Assembly (NCBI GenBank): GCA_029855935.1
Contig: JAGSHN010000016.1
Span: 160,001-224,000 of the forward strand
Length of the DNA stretch: 64,000 nucleotides
Reading direction: 5' to 3'
DNA from: Candidatus Thorarchaeota archaeon
Lineage (GTDB): Archaea; Asgardarchaeota; Thorarchaeia; Thorarchaeales; Thorarchaeaceae
Shown here: piece by piece, positions 38,893 through 49,296 of the stretch
Layout of the letters: each line of letters opens with the position of its first letter
How positions within the stretch are numbered: position 1 is the stretch's first letter
Program-made: the position numbers and the translations under genes
The notes under the pieces: model-generated
What the model was told of the DNA's origin: nothing
The model's input: the letters and a program-made list of their open reading frames with translations, nothing else
The model's database searches: none

Positions 38893-39100
38893 CAACACAC
38901 GGTGCCGGTAGAATGATAACGAGGGAATAGCCGCGTCGTTTCCTGGTTGGTTCAAGAATTCATTGCGGTCTATGGGATTCTGCTTGTGCACGTAGATGTA
39001 TCCAGATGCGAAGTATTTATACGGGGCTTGTCCCCGACGGGAGCGGCAGCTAGTAGGTACTCGTAGCAGACTGGAACAGGTGCTAGAACGAGGGTTAGGA

Positions 39101-40042
39101 ATGGAAGCAATGAGAATACTTGTGACTGGCGGAGCAGGCTTTATTGGGACCAACCTAGTAAACGAATTGAGGAGAAGGGGGCACGAGGTGATTGCAGCCG
39201 ATCTGTACAACACTGATAGGAACGGGTATGTCCGCGCCGATGTAAGAAACTACCGACAACTGGAAAGAGTGTTTGAGAGTCACGGGTTTGATTACGTCTA
39301 TCACCTAGCGGCGGAGTATGGCCGCTGGAACGGGGAGGACTATTATGAGAACCTTTGGCAGACAAATGTCGTTGGTACAAAGCACTTGATACGGCTACAG
39401 GAAAAACTCGGGTTCAGATTGATATTCTTCAGCAGTGCGGAAGTGTATGGCGACTATGACGGAATAATGACCGAAGACGTAATGGAGAGAGTTCCAATAA
39501 GGCAAGTTTATCAGATGAACGATTACGCCATCTCAAAGTGGGCAGGAGAGCTGATGTGCATAAACTCGGCAAGGATGTTTGGAACTGAAACGGTCCGAGT
39601 TCGGCCAGTAAATTGCTACGGTCCACACGAGCATTATACCCCCTATCGTGGGTTCATTCCGAAGTTTATCTATCACGCCCTTTTCAACAAACCATATGTA
39701 GTCTATATGGGTCATAGACGCATCATTGACTATGTCGAGGACTCGTGCAGAACCTTTGCCAATATTGTTGACAATTTTGTGCCGGGCGAGGTCTACAACG
39801 TTGCTGGAAGACCAGAATGGGAGAAGGACATCAAAGAGTACTCGGACTTGGTACTTCGGGCAGTCGGGCGTGACGATTCGATAGTTTCTTATGAGGAGGC
39901 CGAACCCTTCACCACAAGAGTTAAACATGTGGACTGCTCGAAGGCAATCAAGGATTTGAAGCATGACCCACGTATCCCTCCAGAAGAGGGAATCAGGAGA
40001 ACCGTGGCTTGGATGCGACAAGTATACCAGATTGAGGATTGA
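39101..40042 (+). CDS. NAD-dependent epimerase/dehydratase
   Basis: TGGAGFIG, SSAEVYG, YAISK; start 39101 or 39110. Confidence 0.9.
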   Translation: MEAMRILVTGGAGFIGTNLVNELRRRGHEVIAADLYNTDRNGYVRADVRNYRQLERVFESHGFDYVYHLAAEYGRWNGEDYYENLWQTNVVGTKHLIRLQEKLGFRLIFFSSAEVYGDYDGIMTEDVMERVPIRQVYQMNDYAISKWAGELMCINSARMFGTETVRVRPVNCYGPHEHYTPYRGFIPKFIYHALFNKPYVVYMGHRRIIDYVEDSCRTFANIVDNFVPGEVYNVAGRPEWEKDIKEYSDLVLRAVGRDDSIVSYEEAEPFTTRVKHVDCSKAIKDLKHDPRIPPEEGIRRTVAWMRQVYQIED

Positions 40043-40045
40043 GAA

Positions 40046-41041
40046 ATGACCATCGAGAGCGAGTACGAAGACAAAGTCATCTTGGTGACGGGTGGTGCAG
40101 GTTGCATAGGTTCAAACCTGAGCAGAGCGCTTTCCGGGCTACAAGCAAGAAAAGTGATTATCCTTGACGATCTATCTAGTGCCTATGAGTGGAATATCCC
40201 TCGAGCAGACAATATCCTTTTTGTCAAGGGCAGTATTTTGGATGACGAGATGCTGAAGCGAGTATTTAAGGAAAGGCCTCATTATGTGTTTCATTTGGCT
40301 GCCCATTTTGCCAACCAAAACTCAGTGGACAATCCTGAAACCGACTTGCTAGTAAACGGGCTGGGAACACTTAAGGTCTTGGAATATTCCCATTTGGCAA
40401 AGGTGCAAAGGTTTGTCTATGCCTCGTCAGGGTGTGGGGTCTACGGTCTAGACTCGAAGCTTCCCTTCAAAGAGGATGATATCTCGATAAGCCTTCACAC
40501 TCCATATCAAGTGACGAAGCTGCTCGGAGAGCTATACACAAACTATTTTCACAACCTGTATGGCTTGCCCATTGTCAATGCACGGTTCTTCAATGTCTTC
40601 GGACCCGGAGAAGTACCGGGAAGATACAGAAACGTCATTCCCAACTTTTTCTATTGGGCCATGCACAAGCGCCCCCTGCCAATAACTGGAGATGGTACTG
40701 AAACGCGGGATTGGACCTACGTCGGAGACATCGTATCTGGACTTTTGGCGATGGGGGTCAGGGAGGAGGCAGTCGGAGAGGCCATTAATCTTGGATCGGG
40801 CAAGGAACACAAGGTGATTGAGTTGGCGGAAACCGTGAACTCTCTGACTGGAAACGACAGCGGGGTCGTGTATGTGGGCCGAAGAGATTGGGATGTCAAG
40901 AAAAGGCTTTTGTCATCTATTGAAAAGGCCAAGAAACTTATCGGCTATCAACCCAAGGTGGACTTCAAGGATGGACTAGCGAAGGTGCACGAGTGGTTTG
41001 TTGACAATTGGGAAAGAATCGAGTCTGATGCAGAGTTCTGA
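40046..41041 (+). CDS. NAD-dependent epimerase/dehydratase
   Basis: TGGAGCIG, YQVTK, RFFNVFGP, TRDWTYV.D. Confidence 0.9.
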   Translation: MTIESEYEDKVILVTGGAGCIGSNLSRALSGLQARKVIILDDLSSAYEWNIPRADNILFVKGSILDDEMLKRVFKERPHYVFHLAAHFANQNSVDNPETDLLVNGLGTLKVLEYSHLAKVQRFVYASSGCGVYGLDSKLPFKEDDISISLHTPYQVTKLLGELYTNYFHNLYGLPIVNARFFNVFGPGEVPGRYRNVIPNFFYWAMHKRPLPITGDGTETRDWTYVGDIVSGLLAMGVREEAVGEAINLGSGKEHKVIELAETVNSLTGNDSGVVYVGRRDWDVKKRLLSSIEKAKKLIGYQPKVDFKDGLAKVHEWFVDNWERIESDAEF

Positions 41042-41165
41042 TTGGTCAGGGTTCACAACTGTACCTTGTGAAATGAGTTACGTTTTGAGTGCTTCGTAGA
41101 AGCCGTAGTAGACGGCACCCGTGTCAGAAGCCAATAGAGTTCTTTCCGAACTGGGAAGACTGCTG

Positions 41166-42051
41166 ATGAGGCGTGCACTGACAACAGGCATTACAGGGCA
41201 GGATGGTGCATACTTGGCGGAGCTACTCTTGGGAAAGGGCTATGAAGTCTACGGGACCTACAGACGGCTATCGGCCCCTAGTTTCTGGAAACTCCAACAT
41301 CTCGGCGTTTTTTCAGAAGGTTCATCTGATCTCCGCTGATCTGGATAGTGCCGGTTCGCCGGTTGAGGCGGTGAGAATCTCGCAACCTGATGAAGCCTAT
41401 CATCTTGCAGCTCAAAGATTTGTGCGGTTTTCTTTGGACAGCCGATTGCTACTGGCGATACTACAGGGCTTAGTAACTCGTGTCCTCGAAACCATCTGAC
41501 AAGTGAACCCTGAGGTACGGTCCTATCAGCCATCGATAAGCGAACCATCTGGGAACGTAACCTCTACAGAAGTGTAGTCTACCAAAGAACGCGCGTTTGG
41601 ACCTGTTTCACCCCATACTCCAGCCAAGCTGTACGCACACTGCATCGTGGATATCTACCGATAGGGACGCGGCATGTTTGCAGGCAGTGATATTCTCTTC
41701 AACTATGAGTTCCCTTTGCATGGAACGAATCTTGCCACACAGAAGATTTCGAACGCTGTTGCAAGAATAGCACTGGGCCTCGAAAAGGAGTTGCCGTTAG
41801 GAAACATCCATGCAAGGCTAGATTGGGGCTATGCTCCTAGATATGTGGAACCTAAGTGGAGAATCCTGCAAGCCAAGGAACCTGACGTCTTTGTCATAGC
41901 TACAAACGGGGCGCATTCTGTTGAAGAGTCTGTTACGAAGACGTTTAGCAGGGTTGGCCTAGATTGGCAAGAGTATGTGAGAAATCGACCCGAGGCACCT
42001 GCGGTCTTTAGATGCAGAATGCTAGTTGCAGTCAGCAGGAGTCAACTATGA
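41166..42051 (+). pseudogene. gmd: GDP-mannose 4,6-dehydratase, frameshifted
   Basis: TGITGQDGAYLAELLL.KGYEV, PDE.YHLAAQ, ILFN.E.P, KIS...ARI..G, DWGYA..YV spread over several frames with stops. Confidence 0.9.
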
Positions 42052-42152
42052 AGCAACCATGGGTGGGGCGAACGAGCATCTCCTACTACTCCCTCGGTTC
42101 GCGAATCTAGTTGATGTGCGCTCTGGTCCTGCCAACATAGCTTCCCGACGGA

Positions 42153-42443
42153 GTGTACCATGCTTCTGGTAGTGTGTTGCGAAGCTACTCCATCACAGTG
42201 GTCAACAAGACAGACGAGATACGCAGCTACGTACTCAACCGGATGATGCGGCCTATCGTTGTCACTTGGAACCCCGTCAATCACACGTTGCTAGCTCCGC
42301 CAACCGTGAGCGTGAGCCACAGCATATGGTCGGAGTACGCTACAGGAATCCCGTTTGATCGCACATATATGCTGCTCGCCGTTTCGTATGAGTTCAAGTA
42401 TGTGACCCGTGGCGATGCCTATGTTCCCTTTTTCTTCCAATGA
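42153..42443 (+). pseudogene. Probable gene remnant of unknown origin
   Basis: Protein-like 96-aa fragment with NxT sequons and no clear start context. Confidence 0.3.
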
Positions 42444-42786
42444 CTGCTCGGCAGTAGGAACCTCACAACTCATTTCTTTAGGAGTGATGGGAGGCAGGAG
42501 AAAAAGTGAATACCATAAACAGTGTGGTTCTGGAACAGCAAGATTCTGTGAGGTGGATCATTGTTAGAGTATCCCTTCATAGATTGCCTTAACTTTGCGC
42601 TGACTACATACAGGCAAGCCCTGCTCGAACAATCGCACTTGTCATGAGGGAGCCACATAGCAGAGGCACTCGTTTCTTGCAGGAGCGGTGGAAAGGTAGA
42701 CGGAGTGGTAGACTGGGGGATTTTTTAAGATAATCTGGGGGATTCATCCCGTATCGCCAACAGACACCCCCTTCTGGTGAACAAAA

Positions 42787-43914
42787 GTGCGAATAGTCAT
42801 CATGCAATCCCATATGACGATGGTCGGAGGCGCCGCTCACTTTATTCAAGAGGTTGCAAACCGGATGGCCCGACTGGGTCATGAGGTGTTCATAGTTGCT
42901 GCTGTCATCAATCGAGATATCTACAACTTGGACCCGGCAATAGACTGTATTTCCGTGTTCAACAGGTCGGCAAAGAGTCCTTGGTTCTGGGCTTGCATAC
43001 CCTTGGTTGTCCGCAGAATGAAGATTGTTGCTTCAAGGCTCAAACCAGATGCCATAATTGCCAATCACTTCCCGACCAATGCGGTCTTAGCAGATCTGGG
43101 CGGGAATGGTGTCTGGATGTGTCACGAGCCCTATCCGTACTTTCATTCTAGAAATGTGTTTGCTGGCAATGTCAACGACCTACTCAGGGCCCGATTGGTT
43201 TCTGCAGTGTACTCAAAGTACGACATTAAGTCGGCGCGGATAATAGAAACCATTGCTGCCAACAGTACCTTTACTCGGAAAGAGATATGGCGTGTTTTTG
43301 GCAGGGATTCTACATGTGTGTTTCCTGGCTTTGACGAGAACATCATAGGGAAATCATATGGCAACAGAGTTGAAGGGAGGGTTCTGTCAGTATCGCCTTC
43401 GACGCCCCTGAAAGGGTTTGAATACACCCTCCGAGCGTTTGTCACGCTGGCCCGTCGGGGTATTGCCAAGAATCTTAGAGTTGTTGGCCGCATCTATCCT
43501 ACGTACCGGAAGATGATTGGCAGAGTCCGTAGGAAGTATCCTAATATCAGAGTTACTGTGCTCGGGACTGTTTCCCGCGAAGACCTGTACCGAGAGTATA
43601 GCACCGCGACCCTAGTTTCATACCCTTCAATCAGGGAGCCGTTTGGAATCGTACCGGTTGAGGCGGTAGCCCTCGGAACACCAGTACTGTATTTCAAGAG
43701 CGGGGGATTGCTCGACACAATGATTGATGGGACAACTGGTGTCGGTGTGCAGGTCGGAGATGTGGCCTTGTTCATTCAAGGAATGAAGCACTTGTTGCAG
43801 AATCCAATGCGGATCGAAACATCGTCGCGTCGGGTGAATCGTCACCTACGGCGCTTTACGTGGTCACGTACCGCATCTGATTTGATTAGCCTCTGTCGCG
43901 GCCGTGAACCATGA
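42787..43914 (+). CDS. Glycosyltransferase family 4
   Basis: GG.., CHEP, NS.FT, KG, EPFGIVPVEA...GTPV, FTW. Confidence 0.9.
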   Translation: MRIVIMQSHMTMVGGAAHFIQEVANRMARLGHEVFIVAAVINRDIYNLDPAIDCISVFNRSAKSPWFWACIPLVVRRMKIVASRLKPDAIIANHFPTNAVLADLGGNGVWMCHEPYPYFHSRNVFAGNVNDLLRARLVSAVYSKYDIKSARIIETIAANSTFTRKEIWRVFGRDSTCVFPGFDENIIGKSYGNRVEGRVLSVSPSTPLKGFEYTLRAFVTLARRGIAKNLRVVGRIYPTYRKMIGRVRRKYPNIRVTVLGTVSREDLYREYSTATLVSYPSIREPFGIVPVEAVALGTPVLYFKSGGLLDTMIDGTTGVGVQVGDVALFIQGMKHLLQNPMRIETSSRRVNRHLRRFTWSRTASDLISLCRGREP

Positions 43915-44900
43915 CTTCTCAAGGAACGTTCGATTGGCGTTGCGATGCTCTCCTAGGTGGGTCGATTCTAGAACGTTTCGTGCAAGTGCTATAGGGTCTT
44001 TTCGATAACTGTCCCATTGTGACGGACGCTCTTCCCAAGATAGTAAAGCCCATGACCACGACGGACGATGACCGTGTCACGGCGCTGGTGCCAAGAGGGT
44101 TTGATATCGCTTGCTCTACAGAGAACATCCGTGTGATTCGGTCGAGAACTGACCTGTACGCAATAAGTGGCAACCTGCATTTCGTGCTTTGGGTCATACT
44201 CACCTTGTTGGGGTCGGGAAGTAGGAGCAAATCGATGTTTTGCACTACCTGTATCCTTTCTTCTCAACTGCTGCTTGTGTTGTCTATCGCCATCTGTTCG
44301 ACAGGCCGGCTCGTGTAGTGTATGACAATCGCAGCCCGTGGATTGAGATGAGCATACACTGTGCCACAATTGCTCGTTTCCTTGCCCAGGCTGTCGGTTT
44401 CTTCGCTTTGACTACCGAGCGTATCATTCTCCACCTAGCCGACGGCATCGTCCTTACTACTGAGGGCTTGAAGCGTCACCATGTCGAATCAGGAATCACT
44501 TCTTCGCGCAGACACATAATTATTCGACTAGGGATTGATACCGGCCGCTTTGGACCTGGCCAACGGGAATCTTTTCGGTCCTACTTGGGACTTGAAAACA
44601 AGATTCGAAACCTTGGCCATATCGGGGGCGTAACTATGCCCACAATGCTACAGCTAGTCCGAACCCTCTAGTGAACTCGGCAGTTTGAAACGTTGGCCCC
44701 GAGAGCTGTGCCAGAGCGGCGGGCCGCCCCGTCTGAACAGCAAGAGGAAGGACCAGTGCTCAACTCAATAGAGCAACAAGATCTTTGCTTTCGATTTGGC
44801 CCTCGGTTTCCACGTTGAGTATCCCCCGTGTATGGTGCGACTGCATTGCTTTGAGTCTTTCTAGCCTCATTTGACAGGATGACTGCTTGGTAAGGGTTGA
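43911..44900 (+). pseudogene. Degraded GT4 glycosyltransferase remnant
   Basis: Fragment VVYD.RSPW.E...ADGIV...LGIDTGRFGP (44240-44671) flanked by broken frames; limits approximate. Confidence 0.55.
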
Positions 44901-45002
44901 GGGTGGCGAGTTGCCCTTTCGGGAACACGCTGTACCCACTGTCCCTTCTGGCCATGCCCCCGGCAAGGCTGCGCAGTCAGGTGTTCGGAAGTGGCTCGTT
45001 TC

Positions 45003-46430
45003 CTAGTCTATGAGGTCCCTCACGTGGAAGACGGCCACGACATTTGTTCGCCCAGGTATGTTTCTGGTGCCTGACGTGAACACGATGTCTTTTGTGATGT
45101 CCACAAGTCCGAGACTGTGAATCACACGGACCGTTTCTTTCACGAGGTCGTCCACATTGTCAATATCCTGTTCGTAGTGCACAGGATGCACACCCCAGAG
45201 CAACCTACACCTGCGCACGACGCGTCGGTTTGGAGTCACTGCAAAGATATGCACAGGCGGTCTGAACTTTGAGATCCACCGTGCGGTGAACCCGGTTCTT
45301 GTGGCAGTGATAATCCCTCCCACCTTGTCGGGGATGAGACACACAGCGTTGTATACAAGATTGCCAATTATCTCGACAATCATCTTATTGGGCGACGTTA
45401 TCGCCTGCGGGTCTACCTGCGGAAGCTCTTGCTCAGCCCGTCTAATGATGCGGTTCATCATCTCCACGGCGGCCACCGGATTGTGACCGACCGCAGTTTC
45501 GGCGCTGAGCATGACAGCATCCGCGCGGTCCAGAATCGCGTGTGCAACATCGCTGACCTCGGCCCGTGTCGGGACCCGCTCGTGAGTCATCGACTCGAGC
45601 ATATGCGTTGCCACGATGGCGGGGCGTGCCCAGAGATTGGCCTTCCTGATCAGTTCTCTCTGAAGTACTGGCACCTCCTCAATCGGGACCTCGATGCCAA
45701 GATCGCCACGGGCTATCATCACGCCATGGGACTCCTTCACGATGGCATCGAAGTTCTGTACTGCGAGCGTGTGTTCAATCTTGCTGACTATACTGGCGTC
45801 GGCGGGCCCGTTCGCTTTGAGTATCTCTTTGACGTGGACAACTTCGCTGGGATCCGTGACAAAGGAGAGTGCAATCATGTCGGGTTCGAGTTCTGCCGCA
45901 AGATCCAAGTCCCTGAGGTCCTTCTCGGTTGGAATTCCGCAGGACAACTTGATGCCAGGTACGTTGACGCCCTTCCTGCTCGAGATTGGCCCGCCGTGTG
46001 TGACCTCAGTGACCACCTCTGAACCACGTATCTCCTTGACCCGTAGTCTGACAATGCCGTCATTAATCGCAATCGTTGCACCCGGCTTCACGTCCTGCGG
46101 GAGTTCCTTGTGTGATATCGATACCCTGTGTTCGTCCCCCACGAAGTCCTCTGTTGAGATGATGAACTCCTGTCCTCTCTCAAGCACGACGGGCTCACGA
46201 AGCTCCCCAATGCGTATCTTCGGTCCCTGCAGGTCAAAGAGAATGGGTATGGTGTCATCGAGGGACCGAATGAGGTCGAACGTCTTCCGGACGGTCGGAT
46301 GGTCGGCGTGCGAGAGGTTGAGCCTGGCGACGTCCATCCCGGCCTCAATCATTCCCGAGAGAACATCTCGTGATCTCGATGCGGGCCCTACCGTGCACAC
46401 AATCTTGGACCGGGTTCTATCAAATATCAT
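45003..46430 (-). CDS. pyk: Pyruvate kinase
   Basis: KIVCTVGPAS, ARLNLSH, DLQGPKIR, KIE, ARGDLG.E, PTRAEVSDV, MLSAETA. Start probably ATG 46430. Confidence 0.97.
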   Translation of the reverse strand: MIFDRTRSKIVCTVGPASRSRDVLSGMIEAGMDVARLNLSHADHPTVRKTFDLIRSLDDTIPILFDLQGPKIRIGELREPVVLERGQEFIISTEDFVGDEHRVSISHKELPQDVKPGATIAINDGIVRLRVKEIRGSEVVTEVTHGGPISSRKGVNVPGIKLSCGIPTEKDLRDLDLAAELEPDMIALSFVTDPSEVVHVKEILKANGPADASIVSKIEHTLAVQNFDAIVKESHGVMIARGDLGIEVPIEEVPVLQRELIRKANLWARPAIVATHMLESMTHERVPTRAEVSDVAHAILDRADAVMLSAETAVGHNPVAAVEMMNRIIRRAEQELPQVDPQAITSPNKMIVEIIGNLVYNAVCLIPDKVGGIITATRTGFTARWISKFRPPVHIFAVTPNRRVVRRCRLLWGVHPVHYEQDIDNVDDLVKETVRVIHSLGLVDITKDIVFTSGTRNIPGRTNVVAVFHVRDLID

Positions 46431-46628
46431 CTCAACATCGTCTCGCAATTGTACAGTCTGTTTCACCAACATCCGCGTATTAGTGCTTGTTGCATGTGCA
46501 TTGGAAAACAATTGAAACGAACTCTCGCCCACAACCCAGATGTGCAGTGGACAGATGGATTAGCATAAATGTCACCTCCGCCTCACTCGGTGATGTCATG
46601 CGGACAATGACTGTGAGATGAACGCAAG

Positions 46629-47927
46629 ATGGTCACCATAGAGAAGGTTCACGCGATTGAGATTCTGGACTCACGGGGCAATCCGACCCTGATGACACGC
46701 GTTACGCTGTCAGATGGCAGCGTTGGTGTCGCCAAGGTACCGAGCGGCGCGTCCACTGGTGTCAACGAGGCTGTGGAACTCCGCGATGGGGGCTCGCGCT
46801 ACGGCGGCAAGGGTGTTCTCAAGGCCGTCAAGAACGTCAACACCGCCCTCTTCGAGGCTGTACGCGGTATTGACCCCACTGACCTCAGGGCGGTGGATCG
46901 AGCCCTGCTGGCAGCCGACCCGAGCAAGGGTAAGGGCAGGCTGGGCGCTAATGCAATCCTCTCGGTCTCGATGGCGGCTGCCGTCGCTGCGGCAACGCAT
47001 CTCGGTCTTCCGCTGTTCGAGTACCTGCGGACAAGCGTTCTTGATAAGCCGGCCAAGTACCTTCAGCCTGTCCCGATGTCGAATGTCATCAATGGCGGGG
47101 CCCACGCGGGCAACGACCTGGCCATTCAGGAGTTCATGATTCTCCCGGTCGGGGCCAGCGACATACGCGAGGCCATACGATGCCTCAGTGAGGTATACCA
47201 CGTCCTTGGCAAGAATATGATTGAGAAGTACGGTCGGATGGCCAAGCACGTTGGTGATGAGGGTGGCTACTGTGGCTTTGGTCTGAGATCCACCCGCGAC
47301 GCCCTTGACGAGATAGTGCGTGCCATCTCTGATGCCGGCTATTCACCCGGCGACGATGTCGTTCTCGGAATCGACGCGGCAGCCAGTGGATTCCACAAGA
47401 ACGGTACGTACACAATCGATGGTCAAGAGATGAGCGCGGGGGAACTGCTCGACTTCTACATAGACCTTGAGAAGACGTATCCTCTCAAGACTGTGGAGGA
47501 CCCATTTGATGAGACCGCGTTCGACGACTTTGCTGAGTACGTGAGAAAGACGAAGGTACAGGTGGTGACCGACGACCTAACTGTGTCGAATCCGGACATA
47601 GTCCGTCGTGCCGTCGAGATGGTGGCGGGGACAGCCCTCCTGCTCAAGGTCAATCAGATTGGTACAGTGACGGAGGCGATTGATGCTGCGGGTATCGCCA
47701 ACGCAGCCGAGTGGGGCGTGGTGGTCAGCCACAGGAGCGGAGAGACTGGCGACACCTTCATCGCCGACCTTGCTGTTGCACTGGGCTGCGGACAGATCAA
47801 GACTGGAGCACCCGCCAGGAGTGACCGTGTGGAGAAGTACAACCGCCTGCTTGAGATCTACGACATTCTCAGCGGTGACTGCGGCTATCCTGGCCACGAC
47901 TTCAGGACTGCGTGGAGGAACTATTGA
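46629..47927 (+). CDS. eno: Enolase
   Basis: ILDSRGNPT, PSGASTG..EA.ELRD, GDEGG, SHRSGET, GQIKTG. Confidence 0.98.
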   Translation: MVTIEKVHAIEILDSRGNPTLMTRVTLSDGSVGVAKVPSGASTGVNEAVELRDGGSRYGGKGVLKAVKNVNTALFEAVRGIDPTDLRAVDRALLAADPSKGKGRLGANAILSVSMAAAVAAATHLGLPLFEYLRTSVLDKPAKYLQPVPMSNVINGGAHAGNDLAIQEFMILPVGASDIREAIRCLSEVYHVLGKNMIEKYGRMAKHVGDEGGYCGFGLRSTRDALDEIVRAISDAGYSPGDDVVLGIDAAASGFHKNGTYTIDGQEMSAGELLDFYIDLEKTYPLKTVEDPFDETAFDDFAEYVRKTKVQVVTDDLTVSNPDIVRRAVEMVAGTALLLKVNQIGTVTEAIDAAGIANAAEWGVVVSHRSGETGDTFIADLAVALGCGQIKTGAPARSDRVEKYNRLLEIYDILSGDCGYPGHDFRTAWRNY

Positions 47928-47930
47928 GAG

Positions 47931-49172
47931 ATGACCGAGAAGAGGACGGCGCTTCTTGTGGTGATGGACGGTGCCGGCGACCGTCCAATCCCCGAGCTTG
48001 GGGGAAAGACCGCCTTCCAGGCTGCTGACACGCCCAACTTCGACAGGCTCGCCCAGACTGGAATGAACGGTCTGATGGATGTCATCGCTCCGGGTCAGAC
48101 TCCGGGTAGTGACACTGCGCATCTCGCTCTCTTTGGTTACGACCCCATTGACTCATATCCTGGTCGAGGGCCTCTGGAGGCGCTAGGTGCGGGCCTCGAC
48201 TCTCGACCCGGTGATGTCGCGTTTCGCTCCAACTTCGCCACGGTGGACTCCAATCTGACCGTCATTGACAGGCGTGCCGGCCGTGACATCTCTCCCGAGG
48301 AGGGTAGGGAGCTTCAAGAGGCTCTCGATGGGCTCCAGATCGAGGACGTGACGGTCCGTTTCGTGCACACCGTGGAACATCGTGGCGCGCTCGTACTGAG
48401 CGGTCCCTCATTGTCCGCCGAGATCTCGGATGTCGACCCCCACGAGACTGGCAAGCCCGTCCTTGAGGCGCGGCCGCTTGTTCCCGGTGCTGAGAAGACA
48501 GCGAGAATTGTCAATAAGCTTGTCCGACTCAGCCACGAGCGCCTCAAAGATCTCGAAGTGAACAGACGCAGGGTGGAGCGAGGTCTTCCGCCAGCTAATA
48601 TCATCCTCCTCCGAGGCCCGGGCAAGCACAGAGAGGTGCCCACTCTGCAGCAGCGATATGGGATAAGGGCTGCAGTGCTGGCAGGTGGTGCTCTCTATAT
48701 CGGTACTGCGAGGTACGTCGGAATGGACCATATCCATGTGGAGGGTCAGACGGGAACAATCGACACAAACTTCGGCAATATCGCCTCAAAGGCAATCGAG
48801 ACCATTCGCCAGGGCTACAACTATGTCTTTGTGCACATCAAGGCCACCGACAACGCAAGTCATGACCACAACCCTGAACAGAAGGTCTTGGCCATCGAGC
48901 GGACTGACGCTATGGTCGGCCGGATACTGGATGAGGTGGCTGACGACATAGTAGTGGCCGTAACAGCCGATCATACCACCCCCGTGAGTGTGGGCGACCA
49001 CACCTGTGACCCGGTGCCCATTGTCCTCTGGAGCGACTTCATCAGACCAGATTCTGTCACAGCATTCTCAGAGATTGATGCCGCACAGGGTGCGTTGGGT
49101 CACATAAGAGGAATGGATGTCACCCCTCTACTGTTGGGGTATGCTGGCTGGGTGCCGAAGTTCGGCTCATAG
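47931..49172 (+). CDS. apgM: 2,3-BPG-independent phosphoglycerate mutase (archaeal type)
   Basis: DGAGDRP, PGSDTAH, GRGPLEA, H.K.TD.ASHD, TADHTTP. Confidence 0.95.
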   Translation: MTEKRTALLVVMDGAGDRPIPELGGKTAFQAADTPNFDRLAQTGMNGLMDVIAPGQTPGSDTAHLALFGYDPIDSYPGRGPLEALGAGLDSRPGDVAFRSNFATVDSNLTVIDRRAGRDISPEEGRELQEALDGLQIEDVTVRFVHTVEHRGALVLSGPSLSAEISDVDPHETGKPVLEARPLVPGAEKTARIVNKLVRLSHERLKDLEVNRRRVERGLPPANIILLRGPGKHREVPTLQQRYGIRAAVLAGGALYIGTARYVGMDHIHVEGQTGTIDTNFGNIASKAIETIRQGYNYVFVHIKATDNASHDHNPEQKVLAIERTDAMVGRILDEVADDIVVAVTADHTTPVSVGDHTCDPVPIVLWSDFIRPDSVTAFSEIDAAQGALGHIRGMDVTPLLLGYAGWVPKFGS

Positions 49173-49296
49173 GCGCTTGAAGAAGCAATCCACCAATGAC
49201 GCGGCATAGTCTTTCTCCCCTCGTGTACGGGGAACAAGCTTTTTCAACAATGGCCCCAGCCGTGCGCGTAACAAGAGATTCACAGGGGAACAAGTC

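Larger units (their letters stand above)
30400..44950. other. AT-richer glycosylation island with several pseudogenes
   Basis: Visible drop in GC and a shift to A/T-ending codons between the ABC ATPase and pyk. Content is epimerases, GTs, a flippase, an acyltransferase and a gmd remnant. No integrase seen; boundaries approximate. Confidence 0.75.
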
